Shown here one piece after another: positions 37,801 through 51,917 of a DNA stretch of 64,000 nt. How positions within the stretch are numbered: position 1 is the first letter of the stretch; every line of letters begins with the position of its first letter. The stretch spans positions 34,038,001 through 34,102,000 of the forward strand of contig OX597815.1 of NCBI GenBank assembly GCA_951406725.2. Direction: 5' to 3'. The position numbers were made by a program, and so were the translations under genes. The notes under the pieces are model-generated. The model had not been told where the DNA came from. It worked only from the letters and a program-made list of their open reading frames with translations, and did no database searches. Origin of the DNA: Octopus vulgaris (taxonomy: Eukaryota).

Positions 37801-38547
37801 AGATTAAGCTCGACTGAAAAGTTTTAATAAACTTCTAAGTAAAGGTTAACCATTTTCGGAATTACTGATAAACTAAAATATATCCATTCTTATTAAAAAT
37901 ATTATTCTATTCTGTTCTTATTGAAAATATTCTATTCTAAATTTCGAGCAATGCTAAAGATCAGAGCCATAATTTGTGTCTAAGACAGTATTGTTAATAG
38001 GAACCGTGATTCCTGGTGTATATAGAAAATTAAGATTATATTAATTAAAAGAATTGAAACTTCAGACATAATTTTTATTTAAGAATGTAAAGTTATTCAA
38101 AGACATTAAGTTAATTAGAATATGGAGTGAATTAATTGGAAAATCTTGATGTAATTTGGGCTTACCAAAGTCAGCTGATCAGAGGAACCGTAAAATAAGT
38201 TAAGTAAAGAGGAATGAACAGTCTTCCTTTATATATATTCATGCAGGAAATTTATATTATCAGAATAATAGAGTACGAGTAAAATTGGATTTATAGGAAT
38301 AAATAATTAAATAAATACTTAAATACAATTAAGTAAATAAGACTTGATAAATCAACAGTAAATAATTAATAGTGTAAATAGAAACTCATTGAATTTTGGA
38401 AATTTACAATTGAACATATCCTTATGGGAAATACACATACACACAACACACACACACACATACATACATACATACATACATACATACATACATACATACA
38501 TACATACATTCATTCATACATACATACATACACATACATACATACAT

Positions 38548-38578
<31 letters not shown>

Positions 38579-38708
38579 TGCATACATACATACATACATA
38601 CATACATACATACATACATACATACATACATACATACATACATACATACATAGAAGATTTCCATATGTATCTACATATGTACGAGATATCTTACATAGAT
38701 ATCTTACA

Positions 38709-39480
38709 TACGTAATCTGATCAATAAGTATCCGGACTGTTGCTATAGTAACGAAACTAAAGCACGCAGTGTAAAACCGCTTGGCACAGATTGACGTTGA
38801 ACTCTGTTATGAATGTGCACTAAGTGTTAACGTTCTTGCTCACTTCCACTGTTTACAGCAGTGCTTGGAAGGAAGGTGTGTAGTGTGTTATCGTCGCTTT
38901 GGTCATGACAAAGTTGAGCAGAGAATCTGCATCAAATTTTGCCAAAAGCTTGGCGATACCAGCTCAGTTTTCAAAAAGTCTTCATCGTTCTTGTGCAACT
39001 GAAACTTGAGTGTCTTTTTTGGTCAGCTGAAAGCAGTTTAGGCACAAACTTGACAGACACGCGTCTCATACTCAAATCTTCAGTGATAATGGACTAAACT
39101 GAACCGTAACTAATCTGCATATCCCTTGATAACTCACAGCTGCGATGTTATTCTCAGTTCTGTTGGTTGCGGGTCTCCCAGAACGTTCATCAATATCGAC
39201 ATTTTTTCGACTATCTTAGAAACATCTGAACCACGCATACACTTATGTGCGGCTCATATACTCCTCTCCATACATTGACTGCAACTTTGCGTAGGCCTCT
39301 GAGCAGGTATCGCCATGACAACGCTCTCTGTCATGGTCAATGCGACAATCACACACTACACACCTTTCCAAACGCTACTGTAAACAGCTGAAGTGAGCTA
39401 GAATGTTAAAACTTCGTGCGCATGTACAGCAGAGTTCAAGGTTAATCTTTGCCGAGCTGCATTACTGTGTGCAATCAGTG
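38709..39480. mobile_element. Rearranged mariner: two 5' ends facing each other (fold-back)
   Basis: TA + cgtaatctgatcaataagt end; + strand EQRICIKFCQKLG; minus strand ...DERSGRP...MRRVSVKFVPKLL; 38765-38895 is inverted at ~39345-39472. Confidence 0.8.
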
Positions 39481-39534
39481 TACAAACTACTTCCGTAACC
39501 CAAGAAAAATCCATGGACATTTCGCTTTCCATTT

Positions 39535-39765
39535 ACTCTTTTACTCTTTTACTTGTTTCAGTCATTTGACTGCGGCCATGCTGGACCACCGCCTTTAGTC
39601 GAACAAATCGACCCCAGGACTTATTCTTTGTAAGCCTAGTACTCATTCTGTCGGTCTCTTTTGTCGAACCACTAAGTTACGGGGACGTAAACACACCAGC
39701 ATCGGTTGTCAAGCGATGCTGGGGGGACAAGCACAGACACACAAACATACGCGCGCGCACACACA

Positions 39766-39824
<59 letters not shown>

Positions 39825-40000
39825 TCACACACACACACACATATACATATATACGACGGGCTCCTTTCAGTTTTCGTCTACCAAATCCACTCACAAGGCT
39901 TTGGTCGGCCTGAGTAGAAGACACTTGCCCAAGGTGCCACGTAGTGGGACTGAACCTGGAACTATGTGGTTCTTAAGCAAGCTACTTACCACACAGCCAC
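39535..40000 (-). mobile_element. SINE family B, full length
   Basis: Reverse complement of the consensus with (TTTTACTC)n tail. Confidence 0.9.
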
Positions 40001-40287
40001 TCAGAATTAAAATAATCACACATCTTTTGAATGAACATGGAAAATTCTAGCTGAGGCTAAGTGATATATTCGAAACAAGTGACTTTGGGATTTATGTACT
40101 ACGGAAAAGGAATAACTTTTTGTTGAAAATCCTCTTCTCAATATAAATTCGGAAAGAATCGCTCGGGAACTGCACAAATTTCTAAATGTTTTAGACATTA
40201 CCAACTGAACTTATATCCTGATAGAGAACCATCCTATATCTATGAATACAATCTGTACAAACGTTACTTATTTAAAGGCACATTTCT

Positions 40288-40345
<58 letters not shown>

Positions 40346-41993
40346 CACCCACACACGCATGCACACGCACAAATGTGTATGTATTTATATATATATATAT
40401 ATACATACACACACAAATATATGAATATTTCTCTGAATGTCACTTAATTTGAATCTTTCATTAATTCAATATATTTAGTTTTTACTTTATCCAATATGTC
40501 CAATTACCTGAATATAGATTTGCATTCCTCTTAATATAATGGAATATTACAAATCACTTCCTACTCACGTCCGCTTATTTATATTACTCGATATATCATA
40601 GTATATTTGATTTATATGATATGATATTTTCTCTGATATAGAATATATCGGATTTCATGTTATAACATTGAGATGTGCGCGTTAGCTTTTATTAATCTGT
40701 ATTTGTGTCCATTTTATATGCACGAGTTGTTATATACCAATAATCATAATTTTAAATATATTTTTTTCAATATTTATATCACATCGTATTCTTGTCTCAT
40801 TATACAGAGATGTGAATATGAATTTTTATGAATATTTATGTCTATTTATTATCATTGTTATATATTGTTCATGTGTTTTAAATAGTTTTATATATTTATT
40901 GAATTATTTATCTAAATATTAATCTTTCATTCAGTCAGTTATCGTTTTGTTGTTCTTGTCATATATTATTCGACGTTCTTTAAAAATTTATGTAAGCACA
41001 TAAATGCTTATTTGAAAGTGTTAGATCCATAAAGAATGCATTGTGTATGGGAGTTAAGATTTTCAGTTTTAAAACGGTGGTTTTTAATTCCTTTATACTT
41101 CATACATATAAAATATTCTTTAAAAATCATTCTTATTATATAAAACAAATGTATGAAGCTATTTTAGTATAAATAATCATTCACCCTTTTCGTCAGCGTT
41201 TTTCAATAAATTTAACCTAGATTTTGATTGACATAATGTATGTGAATAAACTTAATTCAATATCAATTCAATTAGCATACTCTTAAAGAGATATTAATCT
41301 GCAGACTTTATATTTTTAAATGATGTAAGCGTAGTTTTCTATACTTTTAAATAAACTAATAAAAACAATAATCATTGTTTATACTAAATCCATTGTTTTA
41401 CAGACTAAAAAATAACCTTGATTTAGTATACCCTTGAACTCTTATTTAAAAATATTTTATGTGTTTTAGCTAATCAGCGCTCGTTTTCATTTGTTTATTT
41501 AAACAATAGCTTTATTTGACTCGTTGAAATTCATAAACAAATTTAGCCTCTCTTTCAAGATTTCTTAACATAACGTTCTATCTTGCCTTCCTTCAGTTTT
41601 CCTCTACTCCACTGCTCACTATTCTTTCTTTTGTAGTCTTTCTTTTCGTCTCTTCGCTTCTATGTCTATTTTCTACTGATTACCTCTTTTTTGATATTCT
41701 CCCATTTCACCGTTTTATTTATTTTGCTCTTTCTGAATTGTTTTAAACGATAATATTTTCATTCGTTTCTCCTTTTCCTATTTTTTTTTTTTTAGATATG
41801 AGCAATAATACAGGAAAATGAGCTTAGTCGTGAAATGTTGTTTAGGCACATACATACACGCACACACATACACGCGCACACACACGCACACACACACACG
41901 TACACACACACGCACACATACATACACCAGTATATATATATATTGATTAAATAATACAAAAAATCGTAGGCACAATCACACACACCACACACA

Positions 41994-42057
<64 letters not shown>

Positions 42058-42532
42058 TCACGAATATATAGTAATATCGAACGAATGAGAGAGTAATACT
42101 CAATACATGTAGAGTTTATGGGTTATTGAAACTGAATGTTTATCTCATGATTGAAGTTTCCTGCCACTGCAGACTTCCGGTCTGAACTATTTCAACGTGG
42201 TTTTGTGGCATATTCATATTCATGAGTGTTTATTGCTTTGCACTTAGCGTTTGCTGATTGGCTGTTATTTTTCTACCTCTTCATTGGTTATTTTTCTAGC
42301 ATGATGTTTCTTATTCCTGTGATTGTTGATGATTAGGACGTATTCTTAATTTGTCTATTTGTTGGTTTTAGTACGTTCTCTTTCGATAAAGTTCTGTTTT
42401 CTATCATATTGTATATGTAAATGCTTCTGTTTTCGTCGCGTTTAGGAAATTGCAATATATTTGTGAGTGGACATATTTATTGTGCTATTTTCTGGTGAGT
42501 GACCATGCTGTGATACATAGAAAGTGTTAGAA

Positions 42533-42763
42533 GGCGGCGAGCTGGTAGAAACGTTAGCACGCCGGGCGAAATGCGTAGCTGTATTTCGTCTGCCGTTACG
42601 TTCTGAGTTCAAATTCCGCCGAGGTCGACTTTGCCTTTCATCCTTTCGGGGTCGATAAATTAAGTGCCAGTTACGCATTGTGGTCGATGTAATCGACTTA
42701 ATCCATTTGTCTGTCCTTGTTTATACCCCTCTATGTTTAGCCCCTTGTAGATAATAGAGAAAC
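42533..42763 (+). mobile_element. SINE family A with 18 bp TSD
   Basis: gatacatagaaagtgtta on both sides. Confidence 0.9.
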
Positions 42764-45700
42764 AGATACATAGAAAGTGTTAAGCCAGTCAAGGATTTTT
42801 TGTTCAATTCATTGAGGGATATGTATATTAAATCATAATTCTTTGGACGGGTTTGTATGTCTTTGTGGACATGAATGTGTGCATTGTGGTCAGGGATTTT
42901 GTTTCGAATTGTGCTTGTAAATATTATCGTTTTGATCAAGAATAGGGACTTTTGATACTTTCTTTGCTTGTGGGTGAGTTTAATTGTCGCTATTTGCAGT
43001 TTGTGATGGTCTTGGTGTGACTCGTAGAAAGTGTTTGTTAAATCAATTGAAGATTTTAGTTTGTTTCATTGGAAGATTATGTTTTGTTTCTTAAATTATA
43101 AGTCTTTATGTGTGCTTGTGTTTGTACTGAATATCTGATTTTAATTTTTGTTGGTGTGTGTATGCCATAGGTGATTGGTTATGACTAAAATGTTTGAGAC
43201 TATATTTTGGTCAGTGGGAAGGGTTTTCATTGATGGAAGGTTTGTAGCGGTTTGTTCACATTGTTTATGAAGCAAATTAAAAATTTTTGTTTAATTCAAT
43301 AAAAAGCATGTGTTGCTTGAATTGCAGGTTTCTAAATTTGTTTCTATGAGTGTATAGGTGTTTCTGTGTGTAATCTCTTTTGGCCAAGGCTTTTGTCTTC
43401 CCACGTGCTTGATTCGGTGTGATTGTTTATGTGTGTTCTTTGCTTTGCATTTTGGTAAAGACTTGTTTATATTCGTGGGCGTGTAATCGTCATGTACCGT
43501 ACCTTAATTTAATCAGTTGTTTATGGGTTAATTCTTGTGGATGTAACTTATTCTCGTATGTGTGTTGGGGATAGGGTGAGAGCTTAATGTATGCTTCATT
43601 CTGTTTGAAGTTAGGACCATTTTTTTACGATGAATCTATTTTGGTGTCTGCAGTGTGACATGAACTAATTTCCCACTATTAGAGGAAATTATGTATTGTG
43701 TGAATATATAGTTGTTTTCTTTCGTGCATAGGAGTAGATACAATAATAAATTTATGTGTGATATTGTGCAGTTCATCATTTCTTAGTTCAAGTTTGCGGT
43801 TATTTTGTTTCTTTCAATTTCTAAATGTATTTAGACAAAGTCGTTGCATTTCTTTTGGATAAATTCTGGAATGTGTGCGTGCGCGAGTACGCGCGTGTGT
43901 GCATGAGAGACGGAGAGATAGAGGGTGGTGTATTATGCTGTGTGGGTGCGTATTTGCACGCTCGCGTTTTAGACATTCGAAGAATAACTTTTCTATCGCA
44001 GAAAAGAATCATCACTCTTGACTGTCGGTGCTTTTTGTTTTGGAATATTCGGATGAAACAAAGCTTGTTAGCAAAAATTGATGGAGAAGAGTTGCGTAAT
44101 GTAGGATTAAGGAAGATTTATACGTTTAATCGACATATATGAAAATATAGGTAAGGGGTGATGGATGATGAAGAAAAGCATATAAGCTAGATTATTAAGG
44201 GGAGGAAAGAGGTTCAAAGAAGAAAAATGCCAAAGTAAAAAAGACGAAAGAAAAGTAATAACAAATGTATTACACATATGTAGTGATATGAGATGTTAAG
44301 TATCAGTCAAAAATAATATTCTCTTTACTCTCGCACCATTCCTAAAAAAAATGGCGCCGCAACATATGATCCATAGACTCCCCCTCTATCATAATGGCCA
44401 CATGCTCAAATGTTAGAATGAAAAAAAAAAAAAGAAATGATTAAAAAATGATAAAATTGAGATATCAAAGAAATTCAGAATGGTTCAAGACTTTGTGTAT
44501 GATTTGTTTCGGAGAGTGAAAGCAAGCAATGAAGTGGTCAGATAGTTAGAGGTGAATGAGATAATTTAGTGAAGATAAATATTCCATTTAATTTTGTAAA
44601 AGTTGAGGAAAGAAGTTTGTTACTAGAATAACTGAAATACTTAACAGATGATATTTTCCACATGCCTAGACACGTTTGAATTTGGTGAATAAATGAGATA
44701 GGCGATATATAAGTACTGCAACACATCTGTTGAAGCTAGACTGAAAAGTGGCGTCTATAACCGAGCAAGTTGAAACAGTTATATTATCTTTTACTAATGA
44801 TCGGAGTACCGCTATGACCCACAGACTTTTGCTGTTACTAGAGATGTCTGCTGGACGTGTTAAGCCCGACCAGTTCTATGCCAACGCCATCGTAAAGATT
44901 GATAATGTTTCTACACATGTATACACAGACCTGGGTAAAATTTTTCTGAGTAAGATTGATAATTGCACATTTATGAAAGTCTCTCCTCTCCCTGCAGCTG
45001 ATGTTTATCCGAGGGAAGGTTAGTTGAATTTGGAGCGATGCAGCTTGGTACTAGCTTGTCATTTCGGGGTTTGCTACTAGAACGGAAAAACCAGGGATGG
45101 ATATTGCAACGTAATCTTGCCCAACTTTCTAACGAATCCACTCACCCACTCTGAATTTTTATAGTTTTATCTGCCTTGAAAATATGAAAAGTATGAAAGG
45201 CAATGATGATTATGGCTGGATATGAACTCAGAGGGCAAAGATTCGTAACAAATACTGCTAGGCATTCTCTCCAACGCTCTAACGGTTCTACAAGTCCATC
45301 AGTCCTACTTACACTTATCAATGGCACAAAGGTAGCTGATCGAACTTCCAGAAGTAAGCCATAGGCTCAGTAGTCAGTATAGAGTCTCATTCTTGTCGGG
45401 GAACTCATATTTGTCTCCAACGGACGTTACAGCTCATACGTAGAACTTCTGCATAGCCAATCCTTGGAATAAAGAATGCATTGATTAATTCAATGACAAA
45501 TACAGCCGTTACAGTTACCACAAAACCACATTAATCTCTTAGCAACAACAACAAAACTAAGAGCTACCTTAAATTGATATCGAACCTTGATTATAGATTT
45601 TGGTCGTTAGTTACAAACAAGGCGATTAGTGTGTCTGTGTGTGTCGGAGGGTTGAATTATTGAAGATAAATTTATCAATGGCGGATAATATAGCTTATGT

Positions 45701-47347
45701 ATGATTTGGATAGAACGAAACTGTCAATGTTATTGGAGACTTAAACTCTACATAAACAGTAGGTGTCTTTTAGTTGATTACAAAAGATATTCACACTTCA
45801 GTTGATATCACCTTAGCTTCCAAAACTAACATGCGTACATTTACGACTGATTATGGCCATATAATAATATTAGTTTCCAGTAATAGTAAATTATATACAT
45901 ATACATGCTTTGTAGGAAGTCCTAGAAGACGATATTTAGAGTCAATTATTCTTTTCCTTTATTGGGCGGACAAATAATCCACTTTGTAAAATTATGCAAT
46001 TCAAAAGAGTCATCCACCTGTTTCATGCCATTGTCCATTTTGACTGATTCTGAATTATCATTCGGACTAGTGGTCGCTTTTGAAGATATCCAATAGTATC
46101 TATTTACTGCTAGTTCTCTGCTAATAATGAGATCCGTTACCGGAGATAGATAATTTCAATGAAGTTAATAGTATCGAAAAACCATCACAGTTACTGCGTA
46201 ATTTCACGTTTCTGATGTCGTTAACCTACATCAGTAAGTTTTACTGTAAAAGTTAAGCCTTTAAGTCTATATTACTCTACCTAAAACAATCACGTCATGT
46301 CTTTTTTATTATAGAAATGTAGGTCATATTGTAGAAGCAAGCTATTACTGTAATTTCTCCTTATGTACCATTCAAATATTCCCCATAAAATGAGTATATC
46401 AATCGTTCACCCAATTTTAAACTTCTCTACAATCATAGTCTACAAATAGTCCATATAGACATTTTAGTAGAAAGCTTAACAACCACGGTTGTAGTTTCAA
46501 CTTAGACTCACAGTCTTCTCAAGGTAGCAGTTAAATCTCTTTGAACATCGTTAAAGAGAAGATAGAATACTTAAATTCTAAATTTTAAAAAGACATGCTT
46601 GCTAATAAAGATGGAACCGTCATAGCGATCAACAAATTTGTTTTAATAAGCTACTAAATCATAAATATGCTCAGAGATTATTTAGGCTGGCCAACAACTA
46701 AAGAAATAATTAAATGGACATGCGCACGACGCTGGTTGTAATCAACTAAACAGCATTCAACAGCTTCCTGATGCACCCAACGGCGATGCATGGAGCTGCA
46801 AATAGTGGTGAAAGTGCGAACGAATGACTGAAGTTAGTGTGCCAACGTTTTCGACTTGCCTGCCATCTAAATATGCTAGCACTGAGAAAGTCCCTACACA
46901 AGAGGTCAAAAAACCCTTGCCCATAGGCGAAATTTTGCTTACATCCAAATTTGAAACCACTCATTGATGATGTTTCTTTAATTCATGTGAGCAAGTTTTA
47001 GTCTTGAAAGTAATTTAAGTTGCCTAACGATGAATTTGCAGATTTAAAGATTCATTGAATTAGCTAAATGTGCTTTCACGGTTCCTAAATTAGATGCAAT
47101 TCACATCTAACTGCAACAAATAACAATTAAGTATCCTTTAAACCACACCTTGTCGTTTTAAGAGAGGAAGAACATAGACTAACGAATTCACGGATTCTGA
47201 AAAGAAAAAAAAATGAAAATATGGATGGCCATGGCCGGAACATCATTCATTATAATTATGCTCAATACTTAACAAATAGATAATTTTATGCGTGCATATA
47301 GTGAATGTTTAATGTTCTTTCATACAATTTGTTTTTGCTTTTTGTAG

Positions 47348-47408
47348 ATTTTGACGACTCATTAACACCGATATCTTCCGACGACAGCATGCAGTCTATG
47401 CTAAAAAG
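47348..47408 (+). CDS. Coding exon (FDDSLTPISSDDSMQSMLK)
   Basis: Strong tttgtttttgctttttgtag acceptor, AAG|gtaacg donor, phase 1 to 2, open frame. Confidence 0.6.
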
Positions 47409-48945
47409 GTAACGTAGAAGATGTACATGAGAAACAAAATGGACAAATTTCGTGAAGAGTTTTACTTATTAATGAATATGTATATATAAAATGTTCTGGC
47501 TCTATTTTAATATATATATATATAGAACGACAATCAGCAGCAAGATTTTCTTCAAATCTTATAAATGCAAAATATTTGTAGTGAGTGTATGTCCGGATTA
47601 GATTATACACATGAAATTCTCGGGTGGAACGTCTCGATTCCCTTGACAGAGTGTCACTATTGGTCGTTGATCATTGATACGAAATAGACATTAGTTTATG
47701 TGGATGGAGGATCTACTAAAAGATATTCATCGTAACTGGAAGCATATGCTGCCTGATATTATTTTCTCTCATTCAAACTGCAAGAACTATTTTAAATGAG
47801 CTATCCGACCAGAATAAAAATATAGTGAAAGAAAGAAAAGAACAAAGCAAAAGGAAAGTACATTAAATAAAATATATATTTTAATTAATAATAATGGTTT
47901 CTTTACTGACTTCATATCCTCTCATTTATTAGGAAATTTGTCATACTGAAGGGTATATATAGAGTACATATAGAGAATGGAGTACATACAGAGTAAGCAG
48001 AGTGGGAACGTCATTTTTATAGACTGCATTCAAACAAAAATACCAACACACAGAAGGGTGGAAAACAATTACTGAGGGAGAACTTGTTGACTTTTATGAA
48101 TCCCACAACTTCAGTCACTCTTTGCCCTTGGCCGATTATCACCTACAAGCAGAATTCAATGATTGGTCCTCTCACTCATCGCTCTTCCGAAGTCAAACGT
48201 GATTGCCTTCGGCTTTGTCCAAATCTCTCCATGTCCCATGAGGCGTCCAAATCTCTCCATGTCCCATGGGGCGTGCTCTGTTAGTTGTTGATGGAAAACT
48301 GGCATCGTTTCACTGAATGGCTGGCTTTCTGCTCCTGCCACGTTCCAAATGTTGTGGTTATCAAGGAACATCAGTACTTGGATGTCTATGGATGTCTATG
48401 CAGACCTTTCCACCCGGTCACATGCTTTTATGAGCCATATTCAAGCTCAACACCTAAACTATAGTTCAGCGACAATGATAACGAATCAAATGACTACATC
48501 AGAACTTATACCTCGCATTTCTCTTGCCCATTAACTAAAGGTACAAATCCGTGGTCGATTGTAACACACGACCTTTACTTGCCTTATCCTCAGCCTTGAG
48601 CACCGTATATACCATTCCCTCTGGTCTTCCTCAGTAAGGTGAATGTACATCCTACAAGACATCCATCAGGGATCCTAACACCTCTTTCAGTGGCACATAG
48701 AAGCTCACATTATTGTTTTTTTTTAAACGGTGGTAATCACTTTCTTGTACAAAATTTTCGAGAAAAAGATACCCTTCTTTTGGGATACTTCCATTCAGGT
48801 TCTATTCTTTTCCTTTCCAGATGTTGGCTCATATCCAGTATTTGCCTGTTACCCACAACTTTGGCAGATTATACTCATTTCTTCATATTATAGTTCTCGC
48901 GACACTCTCGTCATTGTTTCTATTATTAGTAGTAGTGGTAATGAA

Positions 48946-49145
48946 GACGGCGAGCTGCCAGAATCGTTTGCACGCCGGGCAAAATGCTTTCCCGCATTTC
49001 GTCCGCCTTTACGCTGAGTTCAAATTCCGCCGCCTTTCATCCTTTCGGGGTCGATAAAATAAACACTAGTAAAACACTGGCGTCGATGTAATTGACTGAT
49101 ATACCCCACCGCCGAAATTTCTGGCCTTGTGCCAAACTTTGGAAT
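48946..49145 (+). mobile_element. SINE family A (short tail, small deletions)
   Basis: Consensus match. Confidence 0.8.
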
Positions 49146-49254
49146 TTTTACTAGTGATGATAAATGTATCTTCCACAGACTCGGCGATACGACAGCTGCT
49201 AACCATTCTTCAACTGTTCACGTTGTTTTCATTTTTTAATAAGGATCTTATGGG

Positions 49255-49636
49255 ACTTCCTCATTTAGTCTGACCGTACTGCATAGTGCCAAGGACTCCA
49301 AATTTGCCATCAAGATGTAGGACAAGATACTGCAACAGCCTGGGCTTCAGAGGTCCACAGTTCTTCAATATTCTCCCGAAGGACCTGAGAGACCTGCATG
49401 GGGTGGATGTAGGTGTCTTTAAAATAAAGCTGGACCTCTTGCTGTCGGGTGTCCCAGATGAACCAACTTCACGGCAGGAGGTGCAAATGAGGGCAGCTGC
49501 ATCAAACTCTCTCATGCACCAAATGTAAATTGCTAAAAAACATTCGTGAAGTAAAGTTATATAGCAACATCAAATGGCGGCGACCCAACATGGCCACAGC
49601 TCGTGAGCTGAAACTAGATGAAATAAAAAAAAAAAA
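49255..49636 (+). mobile_element. 3' end of a CR1-group LINE with A-rich tail
   Basis: NSLGFRGPQFFNILPKDLRDL...FKIKLDLLLSGVPDEP...AASNSL, typical CR1-group ORF2 C-terminus; 3' UTR then aaataaaaaaaa. Confidence 0.75.
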
Positions 49637-49638
49637 GT

Positions 49639-49990
49639 ACTATTGAAGCAAGAAGACCAAACATAATGACTGAGGACAAAATAAACAGCGTGAGATTATA
49701 GGTTTTGCAGTTCCCTATGATAGAAGAGTTGATAAAGAAATTGAAAAATATTGAGAAATACCAGGATTTAGCTAGAGAGCGGAAGAGACTGTAGAAGACC
49801 AAGACAGCAACTATTCCTGTAGTAACTGGTGCACTTGGCACACCGCTCAAAATTCTATCTGAAAAACTGAAAGAGACTGGAATTAAGACTCGTGTTGTCG
49901 ACCTGCAGAAAAAAATCCCAAGAAAAGCTTTTTAGATTCGAAGAAACTCGTTGTCACCAAAGATGAAATCTCCGCGAACTTAATTAGCAC
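49639..49990 (+). mobile_element. 3' RLE domain fragment of a Dong/R4-like non-LTR element followed by (TAA)n
   Basis: TIEARRPNIM...IIGFAVPYD...IEKYQDLARE...IPVVTGALG; (TAA)n from 50000. Confidence 0.75.
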
Positions 49991-50012
49991 GTTCTGGCTT
50001 AATAATAATAAC

Positions 50013-50080
<68 letters not shown>

Positions 50081-50082
50081 TA

Positions 50083-50586
50083 ATTGGAAGTGTTATCATG
50101 TACATTGTTTTGTCTTGGTATAAAAGATGGGCTACAGCAAATATTCTGCTCAATACCACAGATTTGCTTGTCAGTTCTTTGACCTTAACCAGTTGACCAT
50201 GTCCCTTAGTGGCTGACGATATGTGCATCTCTGATCACGAGCAGAAGTAGTGGGGGAGCATCATAGCCATGTGTTGAGAGGGATTCTTTGGGGTTTGAAT
50301 AGTTCACCTCTGGAAACATGGGTGGTTCTTTCAACATCCTTAAACAACCCTTATTCAGGGACCGTTTGAGCAGGATGGGCTACTCAACCTGAAGAAAATT
50401 CTAACTGGGCCCCACCTGCAAGGTCATGTGCTGTTTATCTTGATATGAGATCACCATGTCGCGCACATATGGTTGTGATGCATGTGCCTGGTGTACCCTT
50501 ATCAGACGGGTAGTCATGATGGGTATATTGGGCTTCGTATATTTTACCCCAGTGTCACTTTGATGGCATGAACTGCTCTCTCACTC
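50083..50586 (+). mobile_element. Family D element, 5'-truncated, in (AAT)n
   Basis: Reverse complement of the copies at 7428 and 22519. Confidence 0.9.
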
Positions 50587-50604
50587 AATAATAATGATAA
50601 TAAT

Positions 50605-50961
<357 letters not shown>

Positions 50962-50963
50962 AA

Positions 50964-51058
<95 letters not shown>

Positions 51059-51073
51059 ATGATGATGATGATA

Positions 51074-51112
<39 letters not shown>

Positions 51113-51917
51113 GTGATGGTGATGATAACCATAATAATAATATCTAAGAAGGTTTACGAGGATTTTACACCCATCTCTTTTATTGGCTAACGCTACAAAA
51201 TCTTCACATGTGTCTAAAATACAATTCCATTCTCCTCGAGTATTAAAGAACGTTCCCTCCTTCCATGTCCTAGTTTGGTAGCAACAAATATTACTTTAAA
51301 GGCACTGGTATTTGCTGCTACTCATATCGAGACTCACCTACTTATTCACTGGGTTCACAAAAATTATCTGCACCTCTAGATTCGAACATTTCCTAAAAAG
51401 TCCTCTTAATTTAGGCTGCCCCAAAATTGCCTTTACGCGCAGTTATCGAACGTGGGCATGGATTCTTGTATTCCATGAATCTTGGTTTCGGTAATGGCTG
51501 CCATTATTCATGTTGTGAAAACCATGATTATCTTACTTTCCTGTTCACCCTTTTCTAAATACCAAACCCTATAACAGTTGATAAGGATGGGTTCTAGTAA
51601 CTGTTGTTTTTATTAAAAGCAATTAAAAGCAAATATTTATAACTGTGTCAGTTTGCTTAAGGTTATATTTTCCAGCAATACAGAGAGGTAAGAGCCTTAG
51701 GTAACAGGAAAACTATTATAAAATAGTTACTGCAGGGCCACAGAAAATATCTAGTTAAGAATAATCGAAAATTAATATAAATAGGTACAAAACACCAACA
51801 AAATAGATTACTATTTTCTATTTTCAAAACAGCCAAAACAGAAGTGGAATGACAGTAGCTAATAGAAGCAGGCGTGGCTGTGTGGTAAAAAGCTTGTTTC
51901 CCCTCTGCGCATGTGCG

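Noticed and set aside
42100-48880. Further retroelement ORF remnants (Penelope-like 42.1-43.8k, RLE-like 45.3-46.6k, ORF1-like 48.1-48.9k, all minus strand)
   Set aside because: Only isolated, very degenerate motifs; these need tBLASTn/HMM support.
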